This document shows, one piece after another, positions 1 through 11,679 of a stretch of DNA of 64,000 nt (its first letter is position 1; the number at the start of each line of letters is the position of its first letter). Source of the stretch: Myxococcota bacterium (lineage in GTDB: Bacteria > Myxococcota_A > Polyangia > Polyangiales > Houyiibacteriaceae). A program made the position numbers and the translations under genes. Under the pieces are notes generated by a model, which saw nothing but the letters and a program-made list of their open reading frames with translations, was not told where the DNA came from and made no database searches. The stretch covers positions 14,406-78,405 of the forward strand of contig JBMCXW010000004.1 in assembly GCA_048623775.1 (NCBI GenBank), written 5' to 3'.

Positions 1-39
1 AGGATTATGGGGAGGGGTGGGGGGGTCGATGTAGAAGAA

Positions 40-1914
40 CTACAACAGGGTCCCCGTCCACGGGGGTGGGGGGCCGTCGGGGGGGTCGAGGTCGGGGGGA
101 TCCTCTTCGTCCGGCGGCGCCAGGTCGGGCGGGTCTTCGACCTCCGGTGCTTCGGGCTCCGGTGCTTCGGGCTCCGGTGCTTCGGGCTCCGGCGGCTCGG
201 GCGTCTCGTCCTCGGCTGCAGGCGTGTCCGGCTCCGCCGGCTCCGGGGATCGGTCGGGGTCGTCCTCCCCGAGGGCATCGGGGCCCTGCTGCACCGCGGG
301 GGCGAGCACGGGCGTCTCGGCGTCCTCGTCCTCGTCCGCCTCCGCGCGACCCGGCTTGACGGTGGTGACCGGCGCCGCGCGCCGGCGCTTCGCCGCCCGG
401 CGTTCGGACGACGCGCGCGTCACCCGGGGGGACGGCTCGGCCTTCCGCGCGCCCTGGGGGTCGGCCCCCGCCTCCCCGTACCGCGCCTCGGGCGCCGGTG
501 GCTCGGGCGCGGTCTCCGCCGCGGCCTCGCGCGACCCCGACTCGGCCGCAGTGTCCGCCTGCGCCGGCGCGGCATCGGAGGAGGGCGCGTCGGATTGCCG
601 AACGATGGACGAAACCAGCACGGCCCCCGCCGTGACCGCGGTGGCGCCCAGCACGAAGGCCAGCATGACCGCTCCCGCGAGCGCGAATCGAAACCCACCG
701 CGCCGCTCGAGCCCCGGCACGCGGGCGCCGTGCGTCGAGCCGGCCTCCCGAAAGGGATCGGGCGCCCGTGAAAGGGTGCCGCCGCCATCCGACGGCTCCC
801 GCTCGGAAAGGAAGGCAGGTGACGAGGCGGGGGCCACGGTCGCCTGCGGGACGGGCTGGGCGGGGTCGGGCAAGCCAGCCCGCACGGCCGCATCCCGGAG
901 CGCCCGCCCGAAGGACGCCGCATCCGGAAACCGCTCATCCGGTCGCTTGCGGAGCGCCCTCATGACCACGTCGGCCACCGGGTCGGGCACCTGCACCCGC
1001 TCGCGGACGTCGGGCGGAGGATCGTGGACGTGCGCCAGGAGCAGCGTCACCGGCGTCGTGCCGTCGAAGGGCGTGGCACCGGCCAGCAACTGATACAGCA
1101 GGACGCCGATGGAGTACACGTCGCTTCGGGCGTCGGTCGGCTCGCCACTGGCCGCCTCCGGCGAGATGTAGCGGGCGGTCCCGAAGATCATCCCCGACTG
1201 CGTGGCCACCGTCTGCTCCCCCCACAGCAGGCGTGCGATGCCGAAGTCGAGCACCTTGACGTGCTCCGGGTCCCGCCCACGCGCCACGACCATGACGTTC
1301 TCGGGCTTCACGTCCCGATGCACCACCCCGTGCGCATGGGCCTCGCCCACCCCATCGCACACCTGCAAGGCGATGTGCAGGGCGCGCTCGGGCGAAAGCG
1401 GCGCCTCGTCGCGTGCCACCTCGCCCAACGAGCGGCCCGGCAGGTGCTCCATCACCAGGTACAGGCTCCCGTCGTCGAGCTGCCCCAACAGGAGCACCCG
1501 CACCACGTTCGGATGGTCGAGGGCGGTGGCGACCCGCGCCTCGCGCTGAAACCGCCGCACCGCATCGGGGTTGGATGCCAGGTCGGCGTGGAGGATCTTG
1601 ATGGCCACGTCCCTGTCGAGCGACGGCTGCCGGGCCCGATAGACCGTGCCCATGCCTCCCGCCCCGATCACCTCCTCGATGCGGAATTGCCCGAGAAGCT
1701 CCCGTCCGAGGTACCGGTCCACCTCGTCGCCGCAGCCCACCAGACGCGCCCCGTCGCGCTGGCAATAGCGCGCGGCGGCATCGTAGCGCGCGCCGCACCG
1801 GGGGCACTGGGCCGCCGCGGCCTGGGTCTTCTGGGCTCCGGACACTTCCCTCTCGTTACCACCGGGCGTCTTCGCCCTCAATGTGGGTTCGCATCGCGCC
1901 GCCGCACGGGCCAC
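40..1914 (-). CDS. Hanks-type Ser/Thr protein kinase with N-terminal zinc-ribbon, one TM helix and a Pro/Glu/Ala-rich low-complexity tail
   Basis: 624-aa ORF. Zinc-ribbon CPRCGARYDAAARYCQRDG. Kinase motifs GAGGMGTVY, VAIK, HRDVKPEN, DFGIA, SPE. TM segment FALAGAVMLAFVLGATAVTAGAVLV. Tail with (PEPEA)n repeats. TAG stop at 40-42. The start codon is uncertain; 1914 is the longest option. Confidence 0.85.
   Translation of the reverse strand: MARAAARCEPTLRAKTPGGNEREVSGAQKTQAAAAQCPRCGARYDAAARYCQRDGARLVGCGDEVDRYLGRELLGQFRIEEVIGAGGMGTVYRARQPSLDRDVAIKILHADLASNPDAVRRFQREARVATALDHPNVVRVLLLGQLDDGSLYLVMEHLPGRSLGEVARDEAPLSPERALHIALQVCDGVGEAHAHGVVHRDVKPENVMVVARGRDPEHVKVLDFGIARLLWGEQTVATQSGMIFGTARYISPEAASGEPTDARSDVYSIGVLLYQLLAGATPFDGTTPVTLLLAHVHDPPPDVRERVQVPDPVADVVMRALRKRPDERFPDAASFGRALRDAAVRAGLPDPAQPVPQATVAPASSPAFLSEREPSDGGGTLSRAPDPFREAGSTHGARVPGLERRGGFRFALAGAVMLAFVLGATAVTAGAVLVSSIVRQSDAPSSDAAPAQADTAAESGSREAAAETAPEPPAPEARYGEAGADPQGARKAEPSPRVTRASSERRAAKRRRAAPVTTVKPGRAEADEDEDAETPVLAPAVQQGPDALGEDDPDRSPEPAEPDTPAAEDETPEPPEPEAPEPEAPEPEAPEVEDPPDLAPPDEEDPPDLDPPDGPPPPWTGTLL
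142..201. repeat. 15-bp tandem repeat (ctccggtgcttcggg x3 plus one degenerate copy) inside the kinase tail
   Basis: Read directly: identical units at 142-156, 157-171 and 172-186, and a degenerate unit at 187-201. In frame, encoding PEPEA repeats on the minus strand. Confidence 0.9.
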
Positions 1915-1969
1915 GCGATCCTTGGACGGGCGAAGAACCGAAAAGATTTCGTGCTATGTTGGGCCGCCG

Positions 1970-3205
1970 ATGGACGGGTACCTGGGCGGTGGCGGGCCCG
2001 AGCGCGCGGCGGGCGGCGTGCCTCGCCGTGCGGCCGGACCGGCCGCGTGGGCGGCGATGGTGGGCTTGCTCCTCGCTGCGGCCCCCGCCTCGGCCGAAGG
2101 AGCGCGGGTCCTCGTCCTGGGCATCCGTTCCCCGGACGGGGACGACGCCCTGGCGCGCCGCATCACGGAGGCGATCGCGTCCCGCGCGTCGAAGGTGCCG
2201 GGCTGGGCCCTCGTGGACCGAAGGGTCTCCCTCTCCCAGATGATGCTCGTCCACGGATGCGACGAGGCGGACGCCACCTGCATGGCTTCCATCGCCGAGA
2301 GCCTCGACGTGGACCACCTGGTGTACGGCACCCTGCGGCGGACCGGAGCGGGAGCCGACTACGACTTCGCGCTGGCCCTGGAGCGGTTCGACCGCGGGAG
2401 CGGGCGCATCGGCGAGGCCGTGACGACCGAGCTCGCACGGAGCACGGCCGGCGACACGGCGGCCGCGAAGGCGCCGCAGTGGGTCGCGCGCATGGCCGGG
2501 CAGCCCCTCCGGGGCACGCTCGTCGTGAGGGTGAACGTCCCCGGTGCCACCGTCCGCGTCGACGGCGCGGCGGTGGGCACGGCGGAGGCGCGGGACGGCG
2601 AGGTCCGGACGGAAGTGGAAGCGGGCCGGCACCGCGTGGAGGTGGGGGCCGAGGGCTACGGCACCTTCTCCGGCACCGTCCACGTGCCGGCCGACGAGGA
2701 CGCGCGCATCGCGGTCGAGCTCGAAGAGCGTGCGAGCGGCCCGCTGGGCTCCCCCTCGACCAGCGCCCCCGAAGAACGGGTCGTGTACCGCTCCCGCGTG
2801 ACCTGGCCGACCTACCTGGCCTTCGGTTCGGCCCTCGTCTTCGCCGGCGTCTCCACCTACGCCTTCGTCCGGGTCTCCAACCTGCGTGACGACGGGGAAG
2901 TGCTTCGGTGGGGGGATCCGGACGGCGACTTCGATCTGGCCTGCGACCGGGCGGAGGCGGCGAGCCGCAGCCAACCCGAGGCGCAGCAGGCCGTGGATCT
3001 GTGCAACCAGGCGAACCGGCTCGAGCCGGTGCGGTGGGTCTTCCTCGCCCTGGCGGCCGCCGCGGGCGGCACCGGAGGCTACCTGCTCTGGCGGGATCTG
3101 CACGCCTCGGAGCGGCGGGCGGCCGCGTCGGGCGGCCCCCGCCTCCGGCTCACCGGAAGCGTCGGGCCGAACGGTGCCCGGGCCGCCGCCGCATGGCAGT
3201 TCTGA
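1970..3205 (+). CDS. PEGA-like domain membrane protein (hypothetical)
   Basis: Signal/anchor AAWAAMVGLLLAAAPASA. PEGA-type segment VVRVNVPGATVRVDGAAVG...GRHRVEVGAEGYGTFSGTVHV. Two C-terminal hydrophobic helices. ATG 1970 was chosen over the in-frame upstream start at 1883, which would overlap the divergent kinase. An AT-richer promoter-like patch lies at 1935-1965. Confidence 0.6.
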   Translation: MDGYLGGGGPERAAGGVPRRAAGPAAWAAMVGLLLAAAPASAEGARVLVLGIRSPDGDDALARRITEAIASRASKVPGWALVDRRVSLSQMMLVHGCDEADATCMASIAESLDVDHLVYGTLRRTGAGADYDFALALERFDRGSGRIGEAVTTELARSTAGDTAAAKAPQWVARMAGQPLRGTLVVRVNVPGATVRVDGAAVGTAEARDGEVRTEVEAGRHRVEVGAEGYGTFSGTVHVPADEDARIAVELEERASGPLGSPSTSAPEERVVYRSRVTWPTYLAFGSALVFAGVSTYAFVRVSNLRDDGEVLRWGDPDGDFDLACDRAEAASRSQPEAQQAVDLCNQANRLEPVRWVFLALAAAAGGTGGYLLWRDLHASERRAAASGGPRLRLTGSVGPNGARAAAAWQF

Positions 3206-3208
3206 TCC

Positions 3209-3808
3209 ATGAGCACGCTTCGGATCGTGGGCGGCGCGCTGGGCGGGCGCCGGTTTTCGGGTCCCCGAAAGGGCGAGGTGCGGCCGACGAGCGAGCGGGT
3301 CCGAGAGGCGGTGGCCTCCGCCCTCGAAGCCCGCGACGCCATCGAGGGCGCCCTCGTGCTGGATCTCTTCGCCGGCACCGGTGCCCTCGCCTTCGAGGCC
3401 CTGTCCCGCGGCGCGCGCGCAGCCACCCTCGTCGAGGGCGACCACCGCGTGGCGCGCGCGCTCGATCGAGCCGCGCGGCAGCTCGGTCTCGCCGAACGCA
3501 CGCGCGTGCGTCGGGTGGACCTCCTCGGCGCACGCGACCGGATCGCGCGGGCGCTCTCGACCGACGGCCCGTTCACCCTCGTGTTCGCCGACCCACCCTA
3601 CGCCGAAATCGATCGCTTGCCGGCCCTGCTGGGCGCGCTCATCGAAAGTGCGGTGATCGCCCCGGGTGCCCGCGTGGTGGTGGAGCACGCCGCGAGGGGA
3701 GCGGATCCGTCCCTTCCACTCGCATCCATCGCGCGGTACCGCTATGGTGACACCGCCATCGCGCTGGGGGAGGCACCGCGGCCAGGCCAGGAGAAGTCGA
3801 CACCATGA
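3209..3808 (+). CDS. rsmD: 16S rRNA (guanine-N2)-methyltransferase RsmD family
   Basis: SAM-binding DLFAGTGALAFEALSRGA and VFADPPY (DPPY) motifs; 199 aa. ATGA overlap with coaD, the usual rsmD-coaD pairing. Confidence 0.85.
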   Translation: MSTLRIVGGALGGRRFSGPRKGEVRPTSERVREAVASALEARDAIEGALVLDLFAGTGALAFEALSRGARAATLVEGDHRVARALDRAARQLGLAERTRVRRVDLLGARDRIARALSTDGPFTLVFADPPYAEIDRLPALLGALIESAVIAPGARVVVEHAARGADPSLPLASIARYRYGDTAIALGEAPRPGQEKSTP

Positions 3809-4296
3809 GCGCTGCCATCTATCCCGGCTCCTTCGATCCCATCACCAACGGCCACGTGAGCATCATCGAAAGCGGCCTCGTGGCGTTCGACCGGCTGGTG
3901 GTGGCGGTCCTCAACAATCCGAAGAAGGAGCCCATGTTCTCGGTGGAGGAACGGATCGACATGATCCGCGGGTCGCTCCACGAGATCGGCGCGGACGACG
4001 CGCAGGTGGAGGTGGACACCTTCGACGGCCTGCTCGTGGACTACGCCAAGACGAAGGGTATTCGGGTCATCCTGCGCGGCCTGCGCGCGGTGGCCGACTT
4101 CGAGTACGAGCTCCAGATGGCCAACATGAACCGCCACCTGAACGAAGAGGTGGAGACGGTGTTCATCATGGCCAACGACGCCTATTTCTACGTGGCCTCG
4201 AACCTGGTGAAAGAAGCGGCGACCCTGGGGGGAGACCCATGGAAGCTCGTGCCGCAGTGTGTGGCGCGCAAGCTCCGCGAGAGGCTCGGGCGGTAG
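3805..4296 (+). CDS. coaD: Phosphopantetheine adenylyltransferase
   Basis: MSAAIYPGSFDPITNGHVSII (HxGH nucleotidyltransferase motif); 163 aa. The C-terminus aligns by eye with CoaD proteins. Confidence 0.95.
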   Translation: MSAAIYPGSFDPITNGHVSIIESGLVAFDRLVVAVLNNPKKEPMFSVEERIDMIRGSLHEIGADDAQVEVDTFDGLLVDYAKTKGIRVILRGLRAVADFEYELQMANMNRHLNEEVETVFIMANDAYFYVASNLVKEAATLGGDPWKLVPQCVARKLRERLGR

Positions 4297-5399
4297 GCGG
4301 GCGGGCGAACGCGGCCTTCGGCCGCCAGGACGCGCAGCGCCGGCAGCTCGGCCAGCGACACGCGCCCCGAGCGCAGCTCGTCCACCGTCGCCTCGCCCGC
4401 CACCACCGCGCGGCGCACGCGCAGCCAACCGCCGAGATAGCTCACGTCCCGCGCCACGCCGCCGCCGCGGTAGGCGCGCTCGGCCAAGGTCACCGCCTCG
4501 AATGGCTCGAACCCGTGCTCGTCCACGAGCACGCGGGCGGCCTCCCCGAAGGGGACGCCATCGTGCATCAGGTCCGCCACCACGACGCGCGCCGCCAGGG
4601 TGCGCAGCCGGTGCCCGCACAGAACCCCCGCCATCTCCTCGAGGAAGATGCACAGCCCCTCCTGGTCCGCAAACGACCCGGCCATGCCGAGCTCCACGAT
4701 CCGCAAGGGCTGGGCCCGTCCGTTGGCGGCGCTGACCAGGTGCCCGAGCACCTCGTGCACGGCCAGACGCACCGCCTCGCGCCACCCGAACCGCCGATCC
4801 GCCAAGAGCACGATGCGTTCTCCGGCCGCTGCCGCGGCTGCGAGGCGCGGCTCCACCGCCACCCGCACCTCCAACCCCGCCGCCGCCGCCACCGCGCGCA
4901 TGAGGCGGGCGACCGAGGGCACGGAGGAATCGGGAGCGTCGGCAGGCAGCGTGCGCGGCTCGGAGGTGTCCTGCACGTGGGCCAGCAAGGCCGCGGCGAC
5001 CCGCGCCAGGGGCACCGGCCCCTCGTCGCTCGGGACGGGGGAACGGCCGCTCCCGAAGCGGCGCGCGGCCAGGGGCCGCACCCGCGCCGGATGGCCGAGG
5101 ACCGCGAGCAGCTCGAGATCGAGCTCGAGCTCGTCGAGGCGGCGGAGATAGGATTCGCGGGCAGGCGAGTCGAGAGCGAGATCCCGGCAAGTGGCCAGCC
5201 ACCGCCAGGGGCTCGCCCCGAGCTCCTGCGGCTTCCACCGCCACGCGGGATCGGCCGCCACGCCACGTGCGAGGCAGCCCGCCAGCCGGCGCCGCTCTTC
5301 GGCCGCGTTCACGGCCGTCACCGCGGGCAGCAGGCGCGTCACGTTCGACAGGCGCTTGAGCCCGAGATCGAGCTCCATTTGGCGGCGCGCATCCATCAT
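4188..5399 (-). CDS. DUF1704 / 'flavohemoglobin expression-modulating QEGLA motif' family protein (putative HExxH metallopeptidase-like)
   Basis: HEVLGHLV (HExxH) and SFADQEGLCIFLEE (QEGLA-like) motifs. I prefer the ATG-ATG at 5399/5396, because the codons between 5462 and 5399 are atypically AT-rich at third positions. The last ~35 codons run antisense to coaD. Confidence 0.7.
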   Translation of the reverse strand: MMDARRQMELDLGLKRLSNVTRLLPAVTAVNAAEERRRLAGCLARGVAADPAWRWKPQELGASPWRWLATCRDLALDSPARESYLRRLDELELDLELLAVLGHPARVRPLAARRFGSGRSPVPSDEGPVPLARVAAALLAHVQDTSEPRTLPADAPDSSVPSVARLMRAVAAAAGLEVRVAVEPRLAAAAAAGERIVLLADRRFGWREAVRLAVHEVLGHLVSAANGRAQPLRIVELGMAGSFADQEGLCIFLEEMAGVLCGHRLRTLAARVVVADLMHDGVPFGEAARVLVDEHGFEPFEAVTLAERAYRGGGVARDVSYLGGWLRVRRAVVAGEATVDELRSGRVSLAELPALRVLAAEGRVRPPAYRPSLSRSLRATHCGTSFHGSPPRVAASFTRFEAT

Positions 5400-5499
5400 T
5401 CGACGTGGATCCCGTTCACGCACCCTTTCTAGCAGGCCACGTGCCCGGCGAGTAGAATGCACCGCTTGGGGAACCCCCGCCTCCCGAAGCGCCCGTCGC

Positions 5500-8634
<3,135 letters not shown>

Positions 8635-8646
8635 GGGAGCCGATCC

Positions 8647-9804
8647 TCAGTGGGCGTGCGCCTCGGCCGCCTCGCCCTGCTCCAGCGCCGACTTCAGCAC
8701 GAAGGCGCCCTCGGCCACGTAGCGGTCACCGGCGGCCAGCCCCTCCCGCACCTCCACGCGGCCCTCGCTCCGCGCGCCGGTCACCACGGGCACCGCCCGG
8801 AAGACGCCCTCCTCGCCACCGGGCACGAAGACCACCGGACGGCCGTCGAGCTCGATGACCGCCTCCGCGTCCACGGCCGGCACCGGCTCGCTTCGGGCGT
8901 CCGCGGCGATGGAAAGGGTGCCGAACGACCCGGGCCGCAGGGCTCCGTCGTCGTTCTCGAGCACCATGCGCACCCGCATGGTCCGCGAGCCCTCGTCGAG
9001 CGCCGGCGCCACGTAGTCGAGCTCGCCCTGCCAGGTGCGTCCCTCGACGGCACGGAGCCGCAGGGTGGCCGCCGCCCCTTCGCGCACTCGGCCCACGTCC
9101 TGCGGATAGACCCGGCCGATGACCCAGACCCGGCCCGGATCGCCGACGACGAAAAGCCGATCCCCGGGTCCCACCGTCTCGCCCACGGTCGCCTTCCGCT
9201 CGAGCACCACCCCGCCGATCGGCGCACGCACGTTCGTGCGCGAGCCCGCACCTCCCCGCCCGTAGACCGACAGGCGCCGTCGCACCGCGGCGAGCTGGGC
9301 CTCGGCCCGGGCCAGCTCGGCGCGGCTGTCGAGGAAGTCGCGCCGCGCCCCGATGCCCTCGTCCTGCAGCTCCTTCTGCCGCTCGAAGTGCGCCCGGGCC
9401 ACCTCCACGTCGGCGCGTGCGCGTTCGAGGGCGGAGCGCGACTCCCCGAGCTCCACGCTCTCGAGCACGGCGAGCACGTCGCCCTCCTCGACCCGGTCGC
9501 CGTCGGTGGCGCGCACCTCCGCGAGCCGCCCCCCGAGGATGGGGGTCACGTGCGCCACCCGGTCCGGCGGGAGCTGCACCTCGGCCGGCACCTTCACGCC
9601 CCCCGACAGCACGGCCGCCTCCACCGTGGCGACGCGCACGTCGTTGCGTTCCACCGCCGCCGGGTCGATGCGGGCCACATCGTCCCGATCGGGCTCCGCG
9701 CCGCGACCCTCGGCGGCGCCGTCGTCCTCCGAAGGGCAGGCGACCACCGGGGCCGAAAGCCCCAGGGCCACCGCCAGGCGTCCCACCTCGCGCCACCTGC
9801 TCAC
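8647..9804 (-). CDS. Efflux RND periplasmic adaptor (HlyD/CzcB family)
   Basis: Internal GTG start at 9804 (VSRWREVGRLAVALGLSAPVVAC, lipoprotein-like) inside the 870-aa track ORF. Coiled-coil hairpin plus barrel-sandwich motifs (VRAPIGGVVLERKATVGETV). GTGA overlap with the upstream OMF gene and a 12-nt gap to the RND gene. Confidence 0.9.
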   Translation of the reverse strand: MSRWREVGRLAVALGLSAPVVACPSEDDGAAEGRGAEPDRDDVARIDPAAVERNDVRVATVEAAVLSGGVKVPAEVQLPPDRVAHVTPILGGRLAEVRATDGDRVEEGDVLAVLESVELGESRSALERARADVEVARAHFERQKELQDEGIGARRDFLDSRAELARAEAQLAAVRRRLSVYGRGGAGSRTNVRAPIGGVVLERKATVGETVGPGDRLFVVGDPGRVWVIGRVYPQDVGRVREGAAATLRLRAVEGRTWQGELDYVAPALDEGSRTMRVRMVLENDDGALRPGSFGTLSIAADARSEPVPAVDAEAVIELDGRPVVFVPGGEEGVFRAVPVVTGARSEGRVEVREGLAAGDRYVAEGAFVLKSALEQGEAAEAHAH

Positions 9805-11192
9805 GGCGCATCCTCCGTCTCGCCGTGGCGCTCGCCGCCCCACAGGTCCGTTCCGACGGCCGCCTCCAGTGCGGCGGCCGCTTCGTGGTAGTCCTCGTAG
9901 GCCTGCAGGGCGTCCTCCTGGGCGCGCAGGAACCGCTCCACCGCCGTCCCCACTTGAAGCACGTCCACCTCGCCCAGCTCGTGGGCGCGCTCCAGCATCC
10001 GCAGGCTCTCCTCGAAGGCGGGAAGGAGCTCGGTGCCGTACACGCGGACCCGCTCCGACGCCGACTCCACCGCCCGGGCCGCGCGCGCGATGCGCACCCG
10101 GAGCTCCTGAAAATAGGCATCGCGCTCGGCGCGCGCTTCCGCCCGTGTGGCCCGCGCCCGCGCCCGCGGCCCGCGGTTGCGCCGCGCCACCGGCAGGGTC
10201 GTGCCGATCTGGCCGAGCACCGAGTGCTCCGGATCCCGGGTCGGCGAGCCCTCCCGCTGATAGCCCACGCCGAGGGTCGGCTTGGGCGACGCCTCCCGAT
10301 CGGCGAGCCGCACCCGCGCCTCGGCCTCCTCCAAGGCCGCCTCGCGGGCGTGCAGCACCGGTTGGTGGCGCTCGGCGAGCGCGAGCAGGCGATCGAGCGG
10401 TGGCGCGTCGCGGGGAGGGTCGAGCTCGCCCGCCGGCGCGGGCGGATGCTCCGGCGGCCACCCGGCGGCCTCGGCAAGCGTGAGCCGGGCGGCGTCGTAT
10501 CGCTGCCGTGCCATGAGCAGGTGCTGGCGCGCGCGCGCGCGCTCCCCCTCCGCCAGGCGCACCTGCAGCGGCGATGCGTCGCCGGCCCGAACCCGTGCTT
10601 CCGCGATCTCGAGCATTCGGTCTTCGAAGCCCCCGAGTCGCTCGGCGGCTTCCACGTGCTCCCGCGCGGCGAGGGCTTCGTGGAACGCATGGTGCACCCG
10701 CTGGTGCACCTCCCAGCGGGTCACCGAGCGCGCCGCCCGCAGGCGGTGGCCGAGGGCGTCCGCCGCAACGATGCGCAGCCGGCGCTCCCCCGCCACCTCC
10801 ACCCTTTGGGTCAGCCACGACTGCACGTCGTAATCGGTGCCGCCGGGAGCCATGCGCGGGCCGATCGCCACCTGCAGGCTCGGGTCCGACGGCACCCCCA
10901 ACCGGGCCTCCTCCATCACCGCGTCCGCGTGCTCCATCCGCGCTTCCGCGATGCGGACGGGCGGCGCGTGGGTTTCGGCCCACGCCAGCACCTGCGCCAG
11001 GGTGACCGGCTCGCCCGCCGCCGGGTCCGGCACGACGGCTCGGGAAGCGGCGGCGCCCGGCCCCGCATGGGCGGGGGTGGGCTCGGCGTGCCCCGGCGGC
11101 CGCCCGGCCCCGGCCGCGGTCGGACCGGCGCACGCCGACAGGATCAGGATGGCCGGGAACACGGGGCCCGGCATGGGATGGGCTCGTTGCAT
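9801..11192 (-). CDS. TolC/CzcC-family outer-membrane efflux protein
   Basis: Lipoprotein-like N-terminus MQRAHPMPGPVFPAILILSAC. Two repeated helical halves typical of OMFs. Start at ATG 11192 is preferred over 11270. Confidence 0.85.
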   Translation of the reverse strand: MQRAHPMPGPVFPAILILSACAGPTAAGAGRPPGHAEPTPAHAGPGAAASRAVVPDPAAGEPVTLAQVLAWAETHAPPVRIAEARMEHADAVMEEARLGVPSDPSLQVAIGPRMAPGGTDYDVQSWLTQRVEVAGERRLRIVAADALGHRLRAARSVTRWEVHQRVHHAFHEALAAREHVEAAERLGGFEDRMLEIAEARVRAGDASPLQVRLAEGERARARQHLLMARQRYDAARLTLAEAAGWPPEHPPAPAGELDPPRDAPPLDRLLALAERHQPVLHAREAALEEAEARVRLADREASPKPTLGVGYQREGSPTRDPEHSVLGQIGTTLPVARRNRGPRARARATRAEARAERDAYFQELRVRIARAARAVESASERVRVYGTELLPAFEESLRMLERAHELGEVDVLQVGTAVERFLRAQEDALQAYEDYHEAAAALEAAVGTDLWGGERHGETEDAP

Positions 11193-11322
11193 CGTCGCAG
11201 TCCTCACGGGTGGATCCCGGGCTCCGGCACGGGCGATGGCGCGCGCCGAGCGAAGCCACCGTTCGGGCACACCGGCAGCACGCCGCCGGGGGCGGACGGA
11301 CTGCTCCCTCGGGCGCGCCCGA

Positions 11323-11652
11323 TCAGGCGGAGGGAGGACGCTGAATGCCGCGAACGTGCGCCTGGGTGACGCGCTGCAGGGGGACGGCCGCCTTCCACCG
11401 GGCGCCCGAGGGCGGCAGCACGCTCGGCACGGCGGGCGGGGGCAGCAACGTCACGCCGCAGCACTGGCAGCGGTGGGTGACGCCGGAGCAGCCGTGCTCG
11501 GTGCCCGTCGCCTCGTCCGGCGCGTGCTCGAAGGGCTCGGCCACGCCCGCCCCCTGCAACGAGCGCGCTGGCTCGGCCACGACCTCGGCGAGGCCCGGCG
11601 TGAACCCCACCACCACCAGGGCGACGATCGCGGAGCGGAAACCGTCCACCAC
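11323..11652 (-). CDS. Small hypothetical protein, N-terminal hydrophobic anchor plus Cys/His cluster
   Basis: GTG start. 23 of the first 24 third-codon positions checked by hand are G/C. Anchor AIVALVVVGFTPGLA, then HGCSGVTHRCQCCG. The plus-strand ORF sharing third positions (11345..11929) is Ser/Thr/Arg-rich antisense junk. Lies directly upstream of the czcCBA-like operon. Confidence 0.45.
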   Translation of the reverse strand: MVDGFRSAIVALVVVGFTPGLAEVVAEPARSLQGAGVAEPFEHAPDEATGTEHGCSGVTHRCQCCGVTLLPPPAVPSVLPPSGARWKAAVPLQRVTQAHVRGIQRPPSA

Positions 11653-11679
11653 CCTACCGTACTCTCCCGCAGCGCGGCT

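Noticed and set aside
142-201. Possible CRISPR-like or minisatellite array at the window start.
   Set aside because: The units are contiguous 15-mers without spacers, in frame inside a kinase gene. No cas genes anywhere in the window.
8647-11259. A single 870-aa minus-strand ORF that could be read as a fused OMF-adaptor protein.
   Set aside because: Its N-terminal 480 aa are Arg/Gly/Ala junk in the wrong frame relative to the real TolC-like ORF (9801..11192). The adaptor begins at an internal GTG (9804) with a lipoprotein-like signal and a GTGA overlap.
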